A stretch of DNA of 64,000 nucleotides. Source: Kudoa neothunni. Its lineage: Eukaryota > Animalia > Cnidaria. The notes under the pieces are model-generated. The model worked only from the letters and a program-made list of their open reading frames with translations. It made no database searches and was not told where the DNA came from. Shown in pieces: positions 45,518 to 58,979 of the stretch (the stretch's first letter is position 1; each line of letters starts with the position of its first letter). The translations under genes were made by a program, and so were the position numbers. The stretch spans positions 10,627,844 to 10,691,843 of the forward strand of contig OZ199840.1 in NCBI GenBank assembly GCA_964304625.1, read 5' to 3'.

Positions 45518-48487
45518 CTGATGAGGCTGATACCTCAAATTATGATAAATATCATAAACATTATGCTTAATGTGCTTCAAAAATTATAGTTCATAATTTT
45601 GTGCAGCTTCACTTTTGTAATGTTTATATAGAGTCTTAAATATACACGAGATAGAATGTTCGCGCCTGCTCGAACTCACTAGATTTTAATGTTTAATTCG
45701 TGAGTTTTTTAACTTTTATAATACTCTATAATTAGATCATATATTTTTTAAATTATTAGTATTATCTAAGGATAATGTTATCCCTATGCATGAAAATGAA
45801 TTAATGTATTATTATTATTATTATTGTTTGCTTGAAAATTATAAATTTAGCGATAAGCCAAGATAAAAATACAACAGCATTAGAAAGAAAATGCAAAATA
45901 ATGAAATATTTCGAAAATCGTCCATAAATTAACGTTAAGATAGTTACTGTGAGACATATCAACTATAGCAATCCTAAATGGCCTCCTCAGAAAAAGAACT
46001 AAAATTTATCTCTAATTTAAAAAAGCTTAAATCGTTTCCTATCATTGTTAGAATTGGAATTTGATTTGTATATGTCAAAATATGACACAAACCAAAATTA
46101 TTAATTTTCTCAAAAATTGTAACTATGTATCACTTAATTTTTTGTATGTTGTAGAATTTATATTCGTTTATACTATTTCAATAAAAAACATTAATTTTTC
46201 TTCTAAATTCCAAAAAAAGGGATATATGATTATTATGTGCATGCATACGCAAAAAAATGTAAGAAGTCATTTGATGCCGCTACAGTATTTACAACCAAAT
46301 TGAGACAAATCTAACCATTCAGAAAATAATGAAAAAATTATTTCAAGATTTTGTTTTGTTCTTATAAAAAATAATAATGATTTTTGTGACTCGAATATAG
46401 GTTGCACATATAAATTATATAATGTGTAAATTTATCTTAAGTCAAACTGACATATTAAAGATGGTGGAACTAAAAGTTTGAATAAGTTGTTTTGTTGGAA
46501 ATTCGCTTCTTAAGTAAGATTTTCTTGTCAGTAATATATTTATAAAAATTTTCATAATGAAATAAATGTTTTCTCTATTTCGAAAAGAAATACGGCGTGG
46601 CTATTGACACGAATCATAAGATCAAGATACAATGACTTATGGGTTGTGCGAAATCAAATAAAAAATTATATTTTGACCAACTGGCGTACTAATTTAGTTT
46701 AATATTTGAATTAATTTGTATTGTAACACGAGACGAATTTGAAGTTTCACTAAAAAATGTATTATGCAAAATGTTACATCTTTTTATTAAATTATAAACC
46801 AACCAATAGGTACAGATGTTGATTTTGAGGCATCATAAAGAATTCACTAGTTTTATTAATAAAAACATATTGAAAATATTCTATCTATTTTACTCTTATC
46901 AATTCAATCCACTCTCCCACTTGTAAATCAAAATCAATATTTCCACCCTTTGAGAGTATTTATTACTTTTGAATAGAACAATCGTTATAATATTAAACAG
47001 CCAGTTTAAATAGTTTAATAGTATTCAAGGCAGACCCTATTTTTACATCAAAGATCTTAAATGTTTCAGATTTAGTGTTGGATTTATTCACTATTTATTG
47101 ATAATATTTTATAATTTCAACTTATTGGATGGAGTTGAAATTTTATTACCATCTGTTGATGCACAAACCTTAATCTTCGTAGTTATGATAAAGTAATCAT
47201 TAGGCACGAGCCATGATTTTCGTTGTTTTGAAGAAAATTCATTGTACATGACAAGTAAAATGCATAAAAATTATTGATATTTTAAATTTTCTAATGTCCA
47301 AATTATACAATATGTCACTCTTGTTATAAAGTTTATAGAGTACAAATTAAAAATTCTGTTTATTCATTATTTTACGTTTTATTGCGATATTCCGCACGAC
47401 GTATAAGTCACTGTATGTGTAGTTTTGATTGTATTTTATTATTTTCGGCCTCGATGATCGGTAGAGATATACCAAGAATAATTACATACAACAGATTTTA
47501 TAAATAAGTTTTATAGAGCAATTATAAATAAGGATTGCCGGGATTAGAAATGAGTGCTGCGTAAGTGTAGATGTAATTTTGGCTAAAATTTTTAGTGTTA
47601 ATAGAAAATTCCAAAAATATATTTATCAATTCATTTTCTCATGTGGTCAACATATTCGAAAATAAAATAACTTGGCCAACAAATAAATTTACGCAAAGTC
47701 ACAAACCGCTTTGACCTCACACAGTTGTTTAAAAAATGAAAATTGTCGAAATTACTTTCTTTCCTCAATTATTTCTATAATGATAATTACGGTAACAACA
47801 CTCTTAGCATTTATTATTCCGTATTTGTATCAATCTAATATCCCTGTATTGGTGCATTCAGAATGATAAAAGAGTTGAAGATTTAAGAAGAAATTTAGAA
47901 TACACATACTAAATTTCCTTATATCATAAAGTCAGAATAAGCTTTTTAAAGTTAAGCAATTAAAAATAACATTTTTGAAAATATTACGTTAAACTTTGTT
48001 GTCAAAAATTAACTACCTATGTTTGAATAACTTTCGCTTATATTTCCGTAGAAATTAAATCGTAGTCGCATAATTTTATCCTAAAACAGTACTCATTAAA
48101 GTTTAATTATCAATTAAAATACACACAAAATTTATTTAGCCTATTACGATATTTAATATGAATTAACATCATTATTTTTAATATATATGAAACTATAGAA
48201 TTTATCTAAGATGATTCATTTAGATAAAAATCAAAACGACTTAACTTTCTTAATCCCATAAACATCGTTTATCCTTCGAAAATGTCATTTATAAATATAA
48301 ATTCATAGTAAAAAAATTCTCAAAACTAAAACTAATTTTCATTGCCGAAACTAAATTCGAATGTTATATTTATTGGCCACATAAGAGTAACTATATGCAG
48401 AATATTGAAAATAGATTATTATACCGAAGTTGGTCGAATAATTGCGAAGGTAAAAACACCTATATATTTTCATTTTATGGCCAAATA

Positions 48488-50482
48488 ATGGATCGTTTTA
48501 CAAACGAATGTCCAAGTGGGTAATTTTGTAACAAATTAATACTTCAAAATACGAATCGGTTTTGGATGATAGTATCAAGGAGAATGAACCGGATTATTCT
48601 CCACTACATTGGAGAAATTATTTTGATCAGAAAACTTTCGCGGACTGTTCTTCTGGTGTACTCTTATTTGATAGCTAAATTGAAATCTAATATATTTTAG
48701 AAATTTTGTGTTTACACAAGTGGGGTCAAGGGGCCTTTATTGATTCTTCTCCATGGTGCAGGGCATTCCGCATTGGCATGGGCTGTTTTTAGTGTAAAAT
48801 AACAAAAAAAGTATTCGTCATATTCAGCTAATCATTCCGTTGTTTAGAAAGCTATTGTAGACTCACACCCTGCCAAAATTGTTGCCATCGACTTACGCCA
48901 CCATGGTAATTGATTTCATGTTCAACATTGCAACATAATGTGGCATAACAAGGTGATTCGACAAAAATAATCGGAGCCTGTATGGATGTTGAGACAGTGG
49001 CCAAGTTACACATTGGTTCAACTGATAAATATGACATTGTGTAGTGATTGTGTTGAGGTGATAGAGAGCTTAAATGAGGCTACTTCCCCCAAGTATATAA
49101 TTGGTCACAGCTTTGGAGGATGTATCGGCGTAAATATACAACGCAAACTTTCCAACGTGCTTGGGTTGGTTTTGATAGATGTGGTTGAAGGTAATGAGAT
49201 TTTCTTTTTTTTCGAAATATTTCCTCTATTGTTAGGCACAGCGAAAGCTAGTTTGAATAAGATGAAAAATATTCTTGATCTTCGACCGAAACGTTTTAAA
49301 AATATAAACCAAGCTATAAAATATGTGTAGGGCAGTAAAATAACATTGATCTGCAATGGAATTTCGATTTAACTATCATTTAGAAATTCTAGTAAAATGA
49401 CATCCAACAAGGAATCAGCAAGGGTGTCAGGGCCAGGCCAAATGAAATTAATTAATGATGACGATGGATTAGACAGCGTAGATTTGTTTTATGAAGAACG
49501 TTTTGGTTCAAACGCTGTCACCTGGAGAACCAATCTTTATGACACTAGTGCTTATTGGTCTGGTAATTTGTATATTTTGATAACTCTTAGTTTTAATTTT
49601 TTAATAGAATGGTTCGAGGGGCTTTCGAAAAAATTTCTTTCTTCGAAATGTCCAAAGTTATTAGTACTTGCTGGGGGGGATCGTTTAGATAAGGATCTTT
49701 TGATTGGTCAGATGAGTGGTAATTTAATTTGGTTGGTGGTAGTGCTTCCCATTTAAGAGTTCCTAGAGAGCAGCTATGATTTTATTGATTAGTCATTTTA
49801 GGAAAATTACCTAATTTTTTTTGCTCCTTAATTAATATCAGTGTTAATAGCTATGCAACATCAAATATCTTTTACAAACTTAATTATTCTTAATTAAACT
49901 ATTGAAAATATTACTAAAAAGACTTTGAGTTAAAATCATCAACAAAATAAAAAATGAATTTTTATTATAATTTGTATAAAAATAATAATCTATTTCTTAA
50001 TTTATAGTTATTTGACCTACTCTGCATTTAATTATATAAACGTTAAATAAGCCTTTTTATATTTTTACTTGAAAGTCTCATAATTATATCATGCTTACCA
50101 ATAATATAATAGAAGATGTTGTCTTATATTGATAAAAATACAAATATTAATTCCCCATCGGATATTAAAACAAACTAGCTCACATCACCATTAGTAATAA
50201 TGAGGAGGCAATTGGAACTGGGAAGCACTATGATTCATCTTCTATTTTAAGAGTAAGAATGTGATAAAATTGGATTGTACAGGACTCTATCAACTGGAGA
50301 TTATTTCGAACAGTGGCCATTGTATACAGGAGGATGAACCTCATAAAGTAAGCGTTCACACATTGAATAATATTTTCTATCTGAAATTTTTGTTTCTACA
50401 AAAACGCTTAATTTAACACCTAGAATCTATTTAGTTGGCGGACATAATCTCAAACTTTATCACAAGATATGGATCGCATTAA
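48488..50482 (+). CDS. PPME1: Protein phosphatase methylesterase 1 (PP2A demethylase)
   Basis: [25 protein letters not shown] nucleophile elbow, [44 protein letters not shown]. Confidence 0.95.
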
Positions 50483-50648
50483 CAACGCAAAAAGAATCAA
50501 CAAAATCAATTCTGAACAAAATATTAGAACATATGTTTGTTTAGACGATTATTTATAGGAATTTTTGATAACACAATATGGGTGACATTCAACAAGCAAG
50601 CAAATGTGGGTGGGAGAAATAGGTAGGTGGGTAGGAGTAACGGGGTAG

Positions 50649-51300
50649 TTATTCCGAATCACTAGGATCGGATATTTCATCTCCACTTTCTTCCATGTCG
50701 GTAGATTCATCTTCATCACTGTCCTCAGCAGTGGCATTGGATGCTTTGGTGGAATTTTTCCCGGTAGATTTAGTGGGTTTAGATTTTTTCCCCGCTGCAA
50801 CAGTAGAACCACTTGACTTTTTGTACTTTTCGAGTTCATCATTGTAACGTTTCTTATCTTCCAATCCCAACTTGACATATTTCTCTTTATCTTTCTCGCT
50901 GGTTTGTTTCCAAACTTCAGCTGCTTTGCTAACAAATTTAGCACCGGTTAATGTGCTAGTTTTTCGATATTCGGCCAAAAAACACATGTAAGCAGTTTTT
51001 GCTTTTTTAGGCGCATTAGGATCTTTATGTTTACGCGAGCCTTTTTTGGTGACAGCTTTCTTGGATTTTTTTGAGGAAGTAACCATTCCAGCGGCTAGAT
51101 CTGCTTCAAAACGTTTTTCTATCTTTGTCAGCCAAATCTTGGAAGACTTTACGTTCGGATTCCGATATGGATTTCCATTTGAGTGATGCTTCTTTGGCTG
51201 CTTCTCCTATCGATGAAGAATTGCCTTTGTTGGTCTCACGGAAGTCTTTCATGAAGAACATAAATGCGGAAAGTGGTCTCTTGGTTATTTTCTCGGTCAT
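50649..51300 (-). CDS. Two-HMG-box protein with basic and acidic tail (HMGB-like); one frameshift near 51106-51118
   Basis: Box A KRPLSAFMFFMKDFR...WK...DR and box B KDPNAPKKAKTAYMCF...WK...DKKRYNDE; removing one A from the 5-A run joins them as DRKRFEADLAAGMVTSS. Confidence 0.85.
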
Positions 51301-53678
51301 ATTTTCACAATCTCTAAACAACAACACAATATCAACAATTCCATTCACAAGCTATGGCTGAATTGATTGTAATATTATCGTGATTTTGCACATCGACCGA
51401 ACCCAACAAATATCACATATCGATTAAGCGTTGGTGTTGGTGGATCGAAATATCACCGAACAACCACAACCACAACAACTCAAACCCACTTACTCAACTA
51501 TATGTTACTAGTAGGTTGGTAAGCGCACCTTCGTTCAATCTGTGTAAAGCCGCCTTGTGATGGTATCTCTCGTGCGACGTTGGCGCCTGCTAAATGCTAA
51601 TGCGAGCTTTTGTTAGCGTTTTTTTTGCGATTTAAATTGTAGAATTAACAGCGATATTAAATTTCACTATTAACTCGATTCAATTGCTGGCTGTACTCTC
51701 CTAATCATAATACATCGATTTATAAGTGAGTTCCGTGATTGATTTTATATGCGCGGCTGTAGCGAAAAAAATGTGGGAGTCATTGAATCGGTGAAAATTA
51801 TTGCCTCTCAGTTCCTTAGCATGAAATACACGCATCACAATATCCCTCCAAAGTAATGCAACACTAACACCTCGGGTAATGCGCATGCTATCGTTCATCA
51901 TAATCAATATGTTTACAACGCTTAACAAACACTAAAACGCTTTGATGCATTTTTAATTGGTTTGAGATGGTTTCACTATATTTTAAAAATAAACTTTTCG
52001 ACTATATCTCAACGTCAACTCATGCAATATTACTGTGTATCACATTCTCGTATCTAAGGGGATTAAATTTAAGCCTTCTCAACAATTGTTATTATGTTGT
52101 CGTTTTTGTAGGCTTAAGATATAACGACGTAATTCTACTATGAGACGCTCAGTAATGGTCTCAACTATTGGTTGAAAAACTAACTAATATTTTCTCCAAA
52201 TTTTAACACTTTCCACATTGACACATCACAAACATTTGTTGACTTTTCCCTGAAGATATTAAGGCTTAATCCTATTGTTCAAACCAGTCACGTAGCTCGT
52301 TGTTATCGGTGGCTATTTCATTGTGCCCTATTGTTTTTTAAATGAGTTCCTTAAATCTCCGCCGCGATTCATATTTTTATAAATTAACCTATTAATTTCT
52401 CAATATATCTAGATATCGTGTTTCGTTCACTTGAGAGTGGTGTTGAAAGTTTCCACTGTGTATTTCGGTATTAAACAATTGCAACCGTCATATTGTATAC
52501 GTGCGGTACCTACCATACAGGATTAAGTGACGCTACCGCGTTTGCACGCACGTAGTGTGTTCTAATTGTTTGTGCGTGCCGCTACAATACTATTGTTGTT
52601 TGTTGCTTGTCCAATGCTGACCTCGACAATTGATTCTATTATTGAAAATTACTATGTTGACGTGTAGAAAAATGTCCAGTGATTGGATTAACCGCTGGTT
52701 AAGCGTTTATACATTTTTGACAGAAACTAACTCTAATCTGCATCTACTATCAATCGAACAGTTTAAATATTAAACAACTATTTCACTGTGTAATTAATAA
52801 TGAGTGATTACCACACCAACTATGATACACCGCCCTAGTCTATGTCTAGCTACTGTATTACTGTATCACAGTAGCTGATGGCTCGTGATTACTACTTTAG
52901 ATGATTTTATGGTCGTTAAACACTAATGTTGATTCGGTGAAAGCTTGTCAACGAATAGATGTAGTAATCATAAAAAATAAATTAATTTTAAAGAAGCTTA
53001 ATTTTTAAATGGGTTTACCAATAAGTTTGCCGCTTGTAAACACCATGTTGCCTAAAGAGAGTTGCGCAAAGATGGCTCTTCGGCACTTGTAAAGAACTAG
53101 ACAATTTCGATGTTTGATAGAAAAAAGTAAGTGTAGTTTAATATTATAAACGTGTGTAATATAAAAAATATCTGAAAAACACCGTCCAACACTTAAATCT
53201 AACGTCCATTTCCTCATTAACCCCAGAGGGAGACCGTGCGCAAAAAACTTACGCGTGTAGCCATGGGAGTACCTCGGGTACCCCATAAGTTTTCTATGAT
53301 AACGATTGCATCTTCTCTTAATTTTTTTAAATTTACAAATGATATATTTATAACTATTAAAAACCGGTATCCGAATAATCAAATTAATAAATGAATCAAT
53401 AAGAAATTTTCAATATGCGATATGCAATATGCGTTACCAGTATACTCTCCTACAATCTATCTTATTGTTAAGTTTTAAGATAGACACAAATATTTTAAAT
53501 CCTTTTCGATAGGTAGGAAATAAAATAAAATGCTTCCCGGTTATTCTCTTCGCAAATAATAACACACACGGTTGACCTCAGTAGTCTCTACATCGATTGG
53601 TGGATTACATTTGATCTGATTCACTGAACGGAAATAAAAATGTATGTTATGGTCCAATTTTTAATTAATGTTTATTTT

Positions 53679-53939
53679 GGGGGTTTCCGTAGAAACCAAC
53701 TCCCGCATTCAGACGACTTTCCTAGACTGATTCTGGGTTAGTTCAGGGTATGGTTGGGGTGGTGGTTGCTCCGAAACGAGGATGTTCTGTGGGTTAAAAT
53801 CCCATATTACCACATAAACGTAAGTCGCCTTAATATGATGCTGCAGTCCCTAAACCGTAAATGGAGAAGGCCTAACCAGCCCCCACCTTCACAACCTAAC
53901 AAGTTTGTGCCAGGGGTTTGACCTTGTGAACAAAAAAAA
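53679..53939 (+). mobile_element. GC-rich SINE-like island with tRNA-like head, twister-like core and A tail
   Basis: A-box-like TGGTTGGGGTGG (53751-53762), T-arm/B-box-like TGGG-TTAAAAT-CCCA (53790-53804), GTCCCTAAAC...GGAGAAGG...TAACCAGC core, A8 run at 53932-53939; no clear TSD. Confidence 0.4.
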
Positions 53940-54205
53940 TGTGGAGAACCTAATCTGTGGCCCACGTTACCAATGAACTAAATTTATCAATATTTTAGTA
54001 GAAAACATTTTAAATCATTTTTACATATGAAATATAAGTAATCTCATTAATTATTTACAATAATTTTCCTAGCCGAAAAAACCGATCACGCCAACAAATT
54101 CTAAAATATTTCGCATACAAGCATTGTAAACTTTGATGATTATGTGATAGAAATTTGTCGATAGGCTTTCATTTAATTCTACCTACCATTTTATATTTAT
54201 TTATT

Positions 54206-55239
54206 GGTAGTGTCTATTTTTGCCGGACGCGCTTTTTTCTCTTTAAATAATAAGTCAATCGCTACAATTTTTTTCTGAAAAATATCTTTTTATAAATGCA
54301 GAATATAAATTTAGTTTCATTTATCTTTTAGTTGACAATTAGGTATCAAAATACATCGAGGATATTTTTAAACTCGTTCATAAGTATCATTATAAATGAC
54401 ATTAAATTTTTTTATAAGTCTATATTATTTTCGTAATTAATCTAATTTTATGTGTTACAACATCATAAACGAGTAAAATATCCATTAGTGTGCGGTTGTA
54501 ACGTTGGTAGTCGCGAGTAGAATCACTATGGAGGGAGAGTCTGATCAAACACTACTAATTCAGGATATTACATCTGAACCTAAGGTTGGAAATGCATTTA
54601 CAAACTTTGAAAAGGCTTAAGAATTCATGGATAAGTATTCAAAGCGAAACAACTTTTGTTTCTGGATCCAAGACTCTAAAAAAAATCTCAACTGTCCTAA
54701 AAAAAATTTGATAGAGACATGAACTCTGATCTTGGGTTTATTATGAGGCCACTTTTTTGTTGTGTTCATGGTGGTAAAAAATGTAACTATCTATACACAC
54801 ATTGATGTAATTAATTGGAATTCAGAGACAATCTAAAAGTAAAAGTGCTGGAAAGAGAAAAATCAACAGCCATAAAAGTGGTTGCAATTTCTTCATTACA
54901 CTGCGAGTTCCTAAAAACATGAACATGTTAGTTATTAGAAAATTGGATCATACTCACAGCTGCAATAGAAATGAGTATTTTAGGGATTTTTTACCAATGA
55001 ATAGAAAATTAGATGAAGAAAGAAAAAATCTTATAAAAAATGTTCATTTTTATGATGGAAAATCTAAAAAAAATGTTTGTCTGATATTTCGGAGGTGTTT
55101 AATTCAATAAAAAATTCTCACCCAATTGCAACTATCGAAATATTGCACAATGATTCCAATGAAATGACTGGAATATTTTTCCAAGACCTTTACATGAAAA
55201 ACGCTATTATAAAATTTCCCGAACTAGTATTTATGAATT

Positions 55240-55281
<42 letters not shown>

Positions 55282-57192
55282 TAATCAATAATCGAATGTC
55301 ATTGTATATGCGCCTGTTTATTTATTTGACTTTGGGCAAAGTTAAACAAGAGCTATTGCTCTTTTATTTGAGGAGCGTACCGTGACTGTTACCTGGTTAT
55401 GTCAATCTCTACTTAAACATAATGAGGAAATGTCAACCAAAACAGTTTGTTTCATTACGGATAAAGACATGATTGAAAGAAACTCTATAAGATCTGTATT
55501 TCCTAACGAAAGTACAAACTTATGCCTGTACCATGTCTTAAGAACATTTGGGAGAGAGATCTCTACATTAAGAATGGGAATAAACAAAGCTGAAGGAATA
55601 ACTGCCTTAGAGTTGATTCAAAAGCTTTATTATATCAATGATCCAAAAATTTATGAAAATTACCATGAATTGTTAAATAAGACATGTAACAAAAAATCAT
55701 TAGTTATTATAATAAATCTTGGGATCCAATCAAACATAAATGGTGCCCGGCATACATGAACCTAAAGGGTATATTTTTTCATAGAACAAATAATCTATTA
55801 GAATGCATAAATTCCAAAATTAAACAAATCATAAAAAAATTCTCAACAATTGAAATCTTTTTCAGCGATCTGCTTATTTATTTATCAAGTATGAGGACTG
55901 AGCGTGAGAGTAAAGCAGTTAGAGAGTGGGAAACCCAAACTGTTGAGAGATTAAATTCAGACATTAACGAACGATATAAAACATTGTTAACTTCATATAC
56001 GTATAATATTATGCAGGATGAAATAAATAATCATATCGAACCCTATACCAATCCTGTTCCCAATAGTTGTACATGTTGTTTCTACGTAAGTATGGAGTTG
56101 CCATGTAGGTAAATAATTTCTGCTAGAAAAAAAATGATCGTGGATTCATATAACGAGAAAATTTGAAATAGGAGGTGGCACAAAGAATATTACCTGTCAT
56201 TTATTCAAATGACCAAAAATTTATATCTTTAAAATCCTTCGTGCTATGTGCAACCAAGTATTACAGAAATTTCGAGTCAGTGCCCTGTTCCGAATTCTGC
56301 TTTAAAGCGATACAGGGAGCTAGAAATTCTTTGTAAGAAAATAGCTTCGCTAGGGTCTGAAAAAACAGGGGGTCAATATGATTCATTAAAAAAGATTTTA
56401 GGTGAATTAATCTCTCTTATTTCCAATGAGGATTCTCTGGATAAGGTGACTATTTTTTCCACTATTCATATATCAACATAATTCAGTTCAAGTTGACGTC
56501 TGAATTTTTCGTCGAAAACAATCAGGAGATTTTAATCTCAACACGTTATTAATGATAGTGTCTTTAGTAAAATTTTTATTTTGTCTTTAGTTACTGAGGA
56601 ATCACGAATAAAGAATGAGGCTATACTAGAAGCAGTTAATGATAATGCCCCGTCATAAATAACTGATATGGAGATCCTGAATATTGTAGATGATACCACA
56701 ACTAAAAATCCATCTTTGAAGGGTGTATCTTTTGTCCATTTTGCCAAATTCATAAAATTATAGGAATTAAACTGCCAACAGTAATGAAGTTGAGAGGTAG
56801 ACCAAAAGGTGTATTACAAACAATTATAGGTTTGAGGAAAAAAGGAAATTCTGATTATGATACTAATAATTATAATAACACCAGTATTGATATATAATAT
56901 TCAAACATTTATTATTTAAAAGTAGAATAATCAACATTTTATTAAATTTTAGTGGTGTATAAATCATCTGCTAAAAATATTAATCTAATTATAAAAATTT
57001 AAAATACGAATTGGCCAAATAGTTTTACTTTACTCTGTTTTCATTTGGATATTATGGATACAAATTAGCTATGTTAAAATTCGTCCCTGAATGAATGAAA
57101 CTAAACTTAAAAAAGATATTTGTTGGAAAAAATGGTAACGATTGGATTATTATTTTAAGAGAAAAAGCACGCCCGGCAAAACAGACACTGCC
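54206..57192 (+). mobile_element. Mutator/MULE DNA transposon 2 (ZSWIM3-like), decayed
   Basis: About 100-bp TIRs GG(T/C)AGTGTCT(A/G)TTTT..GCCGG.CG.GCTTTTT...; 9-bp TSD TTATTTATT / ATATTTATT; motifs FITDKD, LCLYHVLRTF, TNNLLECINSKIK, SWIM CTC...LPCR, RGRPKG. Confidence 0.93.
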
Positions 57193-57226
57193 ATATTTAT
57201 TACATTCAGCAACGAAGTAAAAACCT

Positions 57227-57285
57227 GAGGTCAATTTTACCCCAGGAGCACCAAGGGTACCGACGATTTCTAGGCGCTCGGAAGG
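57227..57285 (-). mobile_element. piggyBac-like terminus of the CCTTCCGAG family
   Basis: Reverse complement TTAA-CCTTCCGAGCGCCTAGAAAT...TGGTGCTCCTGGGGTAAAATTGACC aligns with the left end at 26471. Confidence 0.75.
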
Positions 57286-58979
57286 TTAAACATTTAAGCT
57301 TAAAGTCCATTTCCTCATTAAACTTAATTATAGAAAACAAGGACATCACAATCAAGTCTCACGACATTTTTAGATAACAAAGAATTGTAAAGCACCCAAA
57401 ATACATGATTATTCAATATTTATCTTATATATCTCTGTAATTGAATGATTTCTTCATCGTTCATTTGTTCGTAATCACGAAAAACACGTAAAAAATAGTC
57501 GAAATATATTAAAATTAAAGAATACTTTCAAAAATTCCTCACATTATCTCTTTGACATACAATAAAAATCTTTCATTTGAACATAATGAAGTTAAAATCA
57601 GTAAAGATAGTAACCGAAAAATGAGCATCAGAATGTGTTATTTTTTGTAAACACTCAACAAATATAACGAATTAAAATACGATTCTGTGTAGAAAAAAAA
57701 GAATAAAAGAAATAGGAGGTTCCTGTTGTTTGACTTTCCATCAAATTACAGTTGTATTTTACATAGAAGGGACGTTTTGAAATATCGATATTTAAACTGT
57801 TTATAAACAATGATTTTGTATACAATCAAAAACTAAACGGAAATCATAGCCGAACAAACTAGAACGACGAAGTAATGCTTATTCATGCGCGCGCAATTCA
57901 TCACAAAATTCATTGCGCGTGCACGCAATTTACCCCTTTTATTAATCCTTAATGAATAAAAAAATCACATAATATTTGCATAATCAATGAATATAGCAAT
58001 TGTGGGGGTCTTTTAGCACTATTAATATCGCTTTAAAAATAAAATGTATTGAGGAACGTAATTAAAAACCTTATGATAATAAAATTTATTATTAATGTTA
58101 TAACATAGATTTAGAGGCAGGATATTCGGAATGAGTGGTTTATTATCGATAATTAAATAGTGATTGAATTCGCAAATTTATTTGTAATTCAAGAAAATTT
58201 TTAAAGACGCTGATATTAATATAGAAGGAAGAGCGGAGATTATTTTTATATATAAATATTAAATCAAGTGATTATAGATAAAGCTCATTTTTTCTTCGAT
58301 TTTTAAAGCTATAAATGCATTACGAGTTGTAATAAACAGTTTGTAAATTTAGAGGCCGATTATTGATAAAGAATTTAAATCTTCCTATCAAACACAAAAA
58401 TTTAATAAATTTTTTATGAACTTTAAATTGTACAAAAGTAATAAAAGATTTCATTTGTGTATTTAATTCTATGAGTTTTATTGAGGTTGTTCAAATTGTA
58501 ATATAATGTATATCATAACACTACACAAGCTCATTTATTTTAACTGTGTCCGTTTCCACGAAAGAAATGAGCATAGCACGTGAGTAATATTATGGATTTT
58601 TTTTGTTTATAATATACAGCGTAAACAACTCTGTCACACGCATATCGTACTAATTCTAATGAATTGGTGTTATTGAATTGAATACACTTGCAAACGACGT
58701 ACGTTGCGGGAAGGGGTTGAGTTTGTTGAAATTTTTTTCGGATCAAAATAATATTAATATTATTTTACACTTTAATTTTATACAACAAATAGTAACTTAA
58801 AAGTTTCGTTGCCCAATAGAATAAGGAGTGAAAATGAAATAGATTTCATTCGAGCAAAATTCAAATTAAAAACCAAATTCGATTAAACTTTCATATTGGA
58901 ATTAATTCCCCTGTTAAAGTTGATCCATAATATACATTATTGTGAATGTTCGTAATCGATTGTGAATATTGAGGTAAAA

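Noticed and set aside
45484-45545. Type III hammerhead ribozyme (hairpin + CTGATGA + stem)
   Set aside because: No GAAA after stem II and no UH cleavage site before stem I
51541-51602. L2/SINE-like 3' tail (TGTAAAGCCGCC...GGCGCCTGCTAAATG)
   Set aside because: Short similarity, no element body, and it lies in the probable HMG promoter region
53535-53730. RNase P/MRP RNA (GGAAAGTC on the minus strand, ATTCAGAC on the plus strand)
   Set aside because: The motifs are on opposite strands and no P4 partner can be formed
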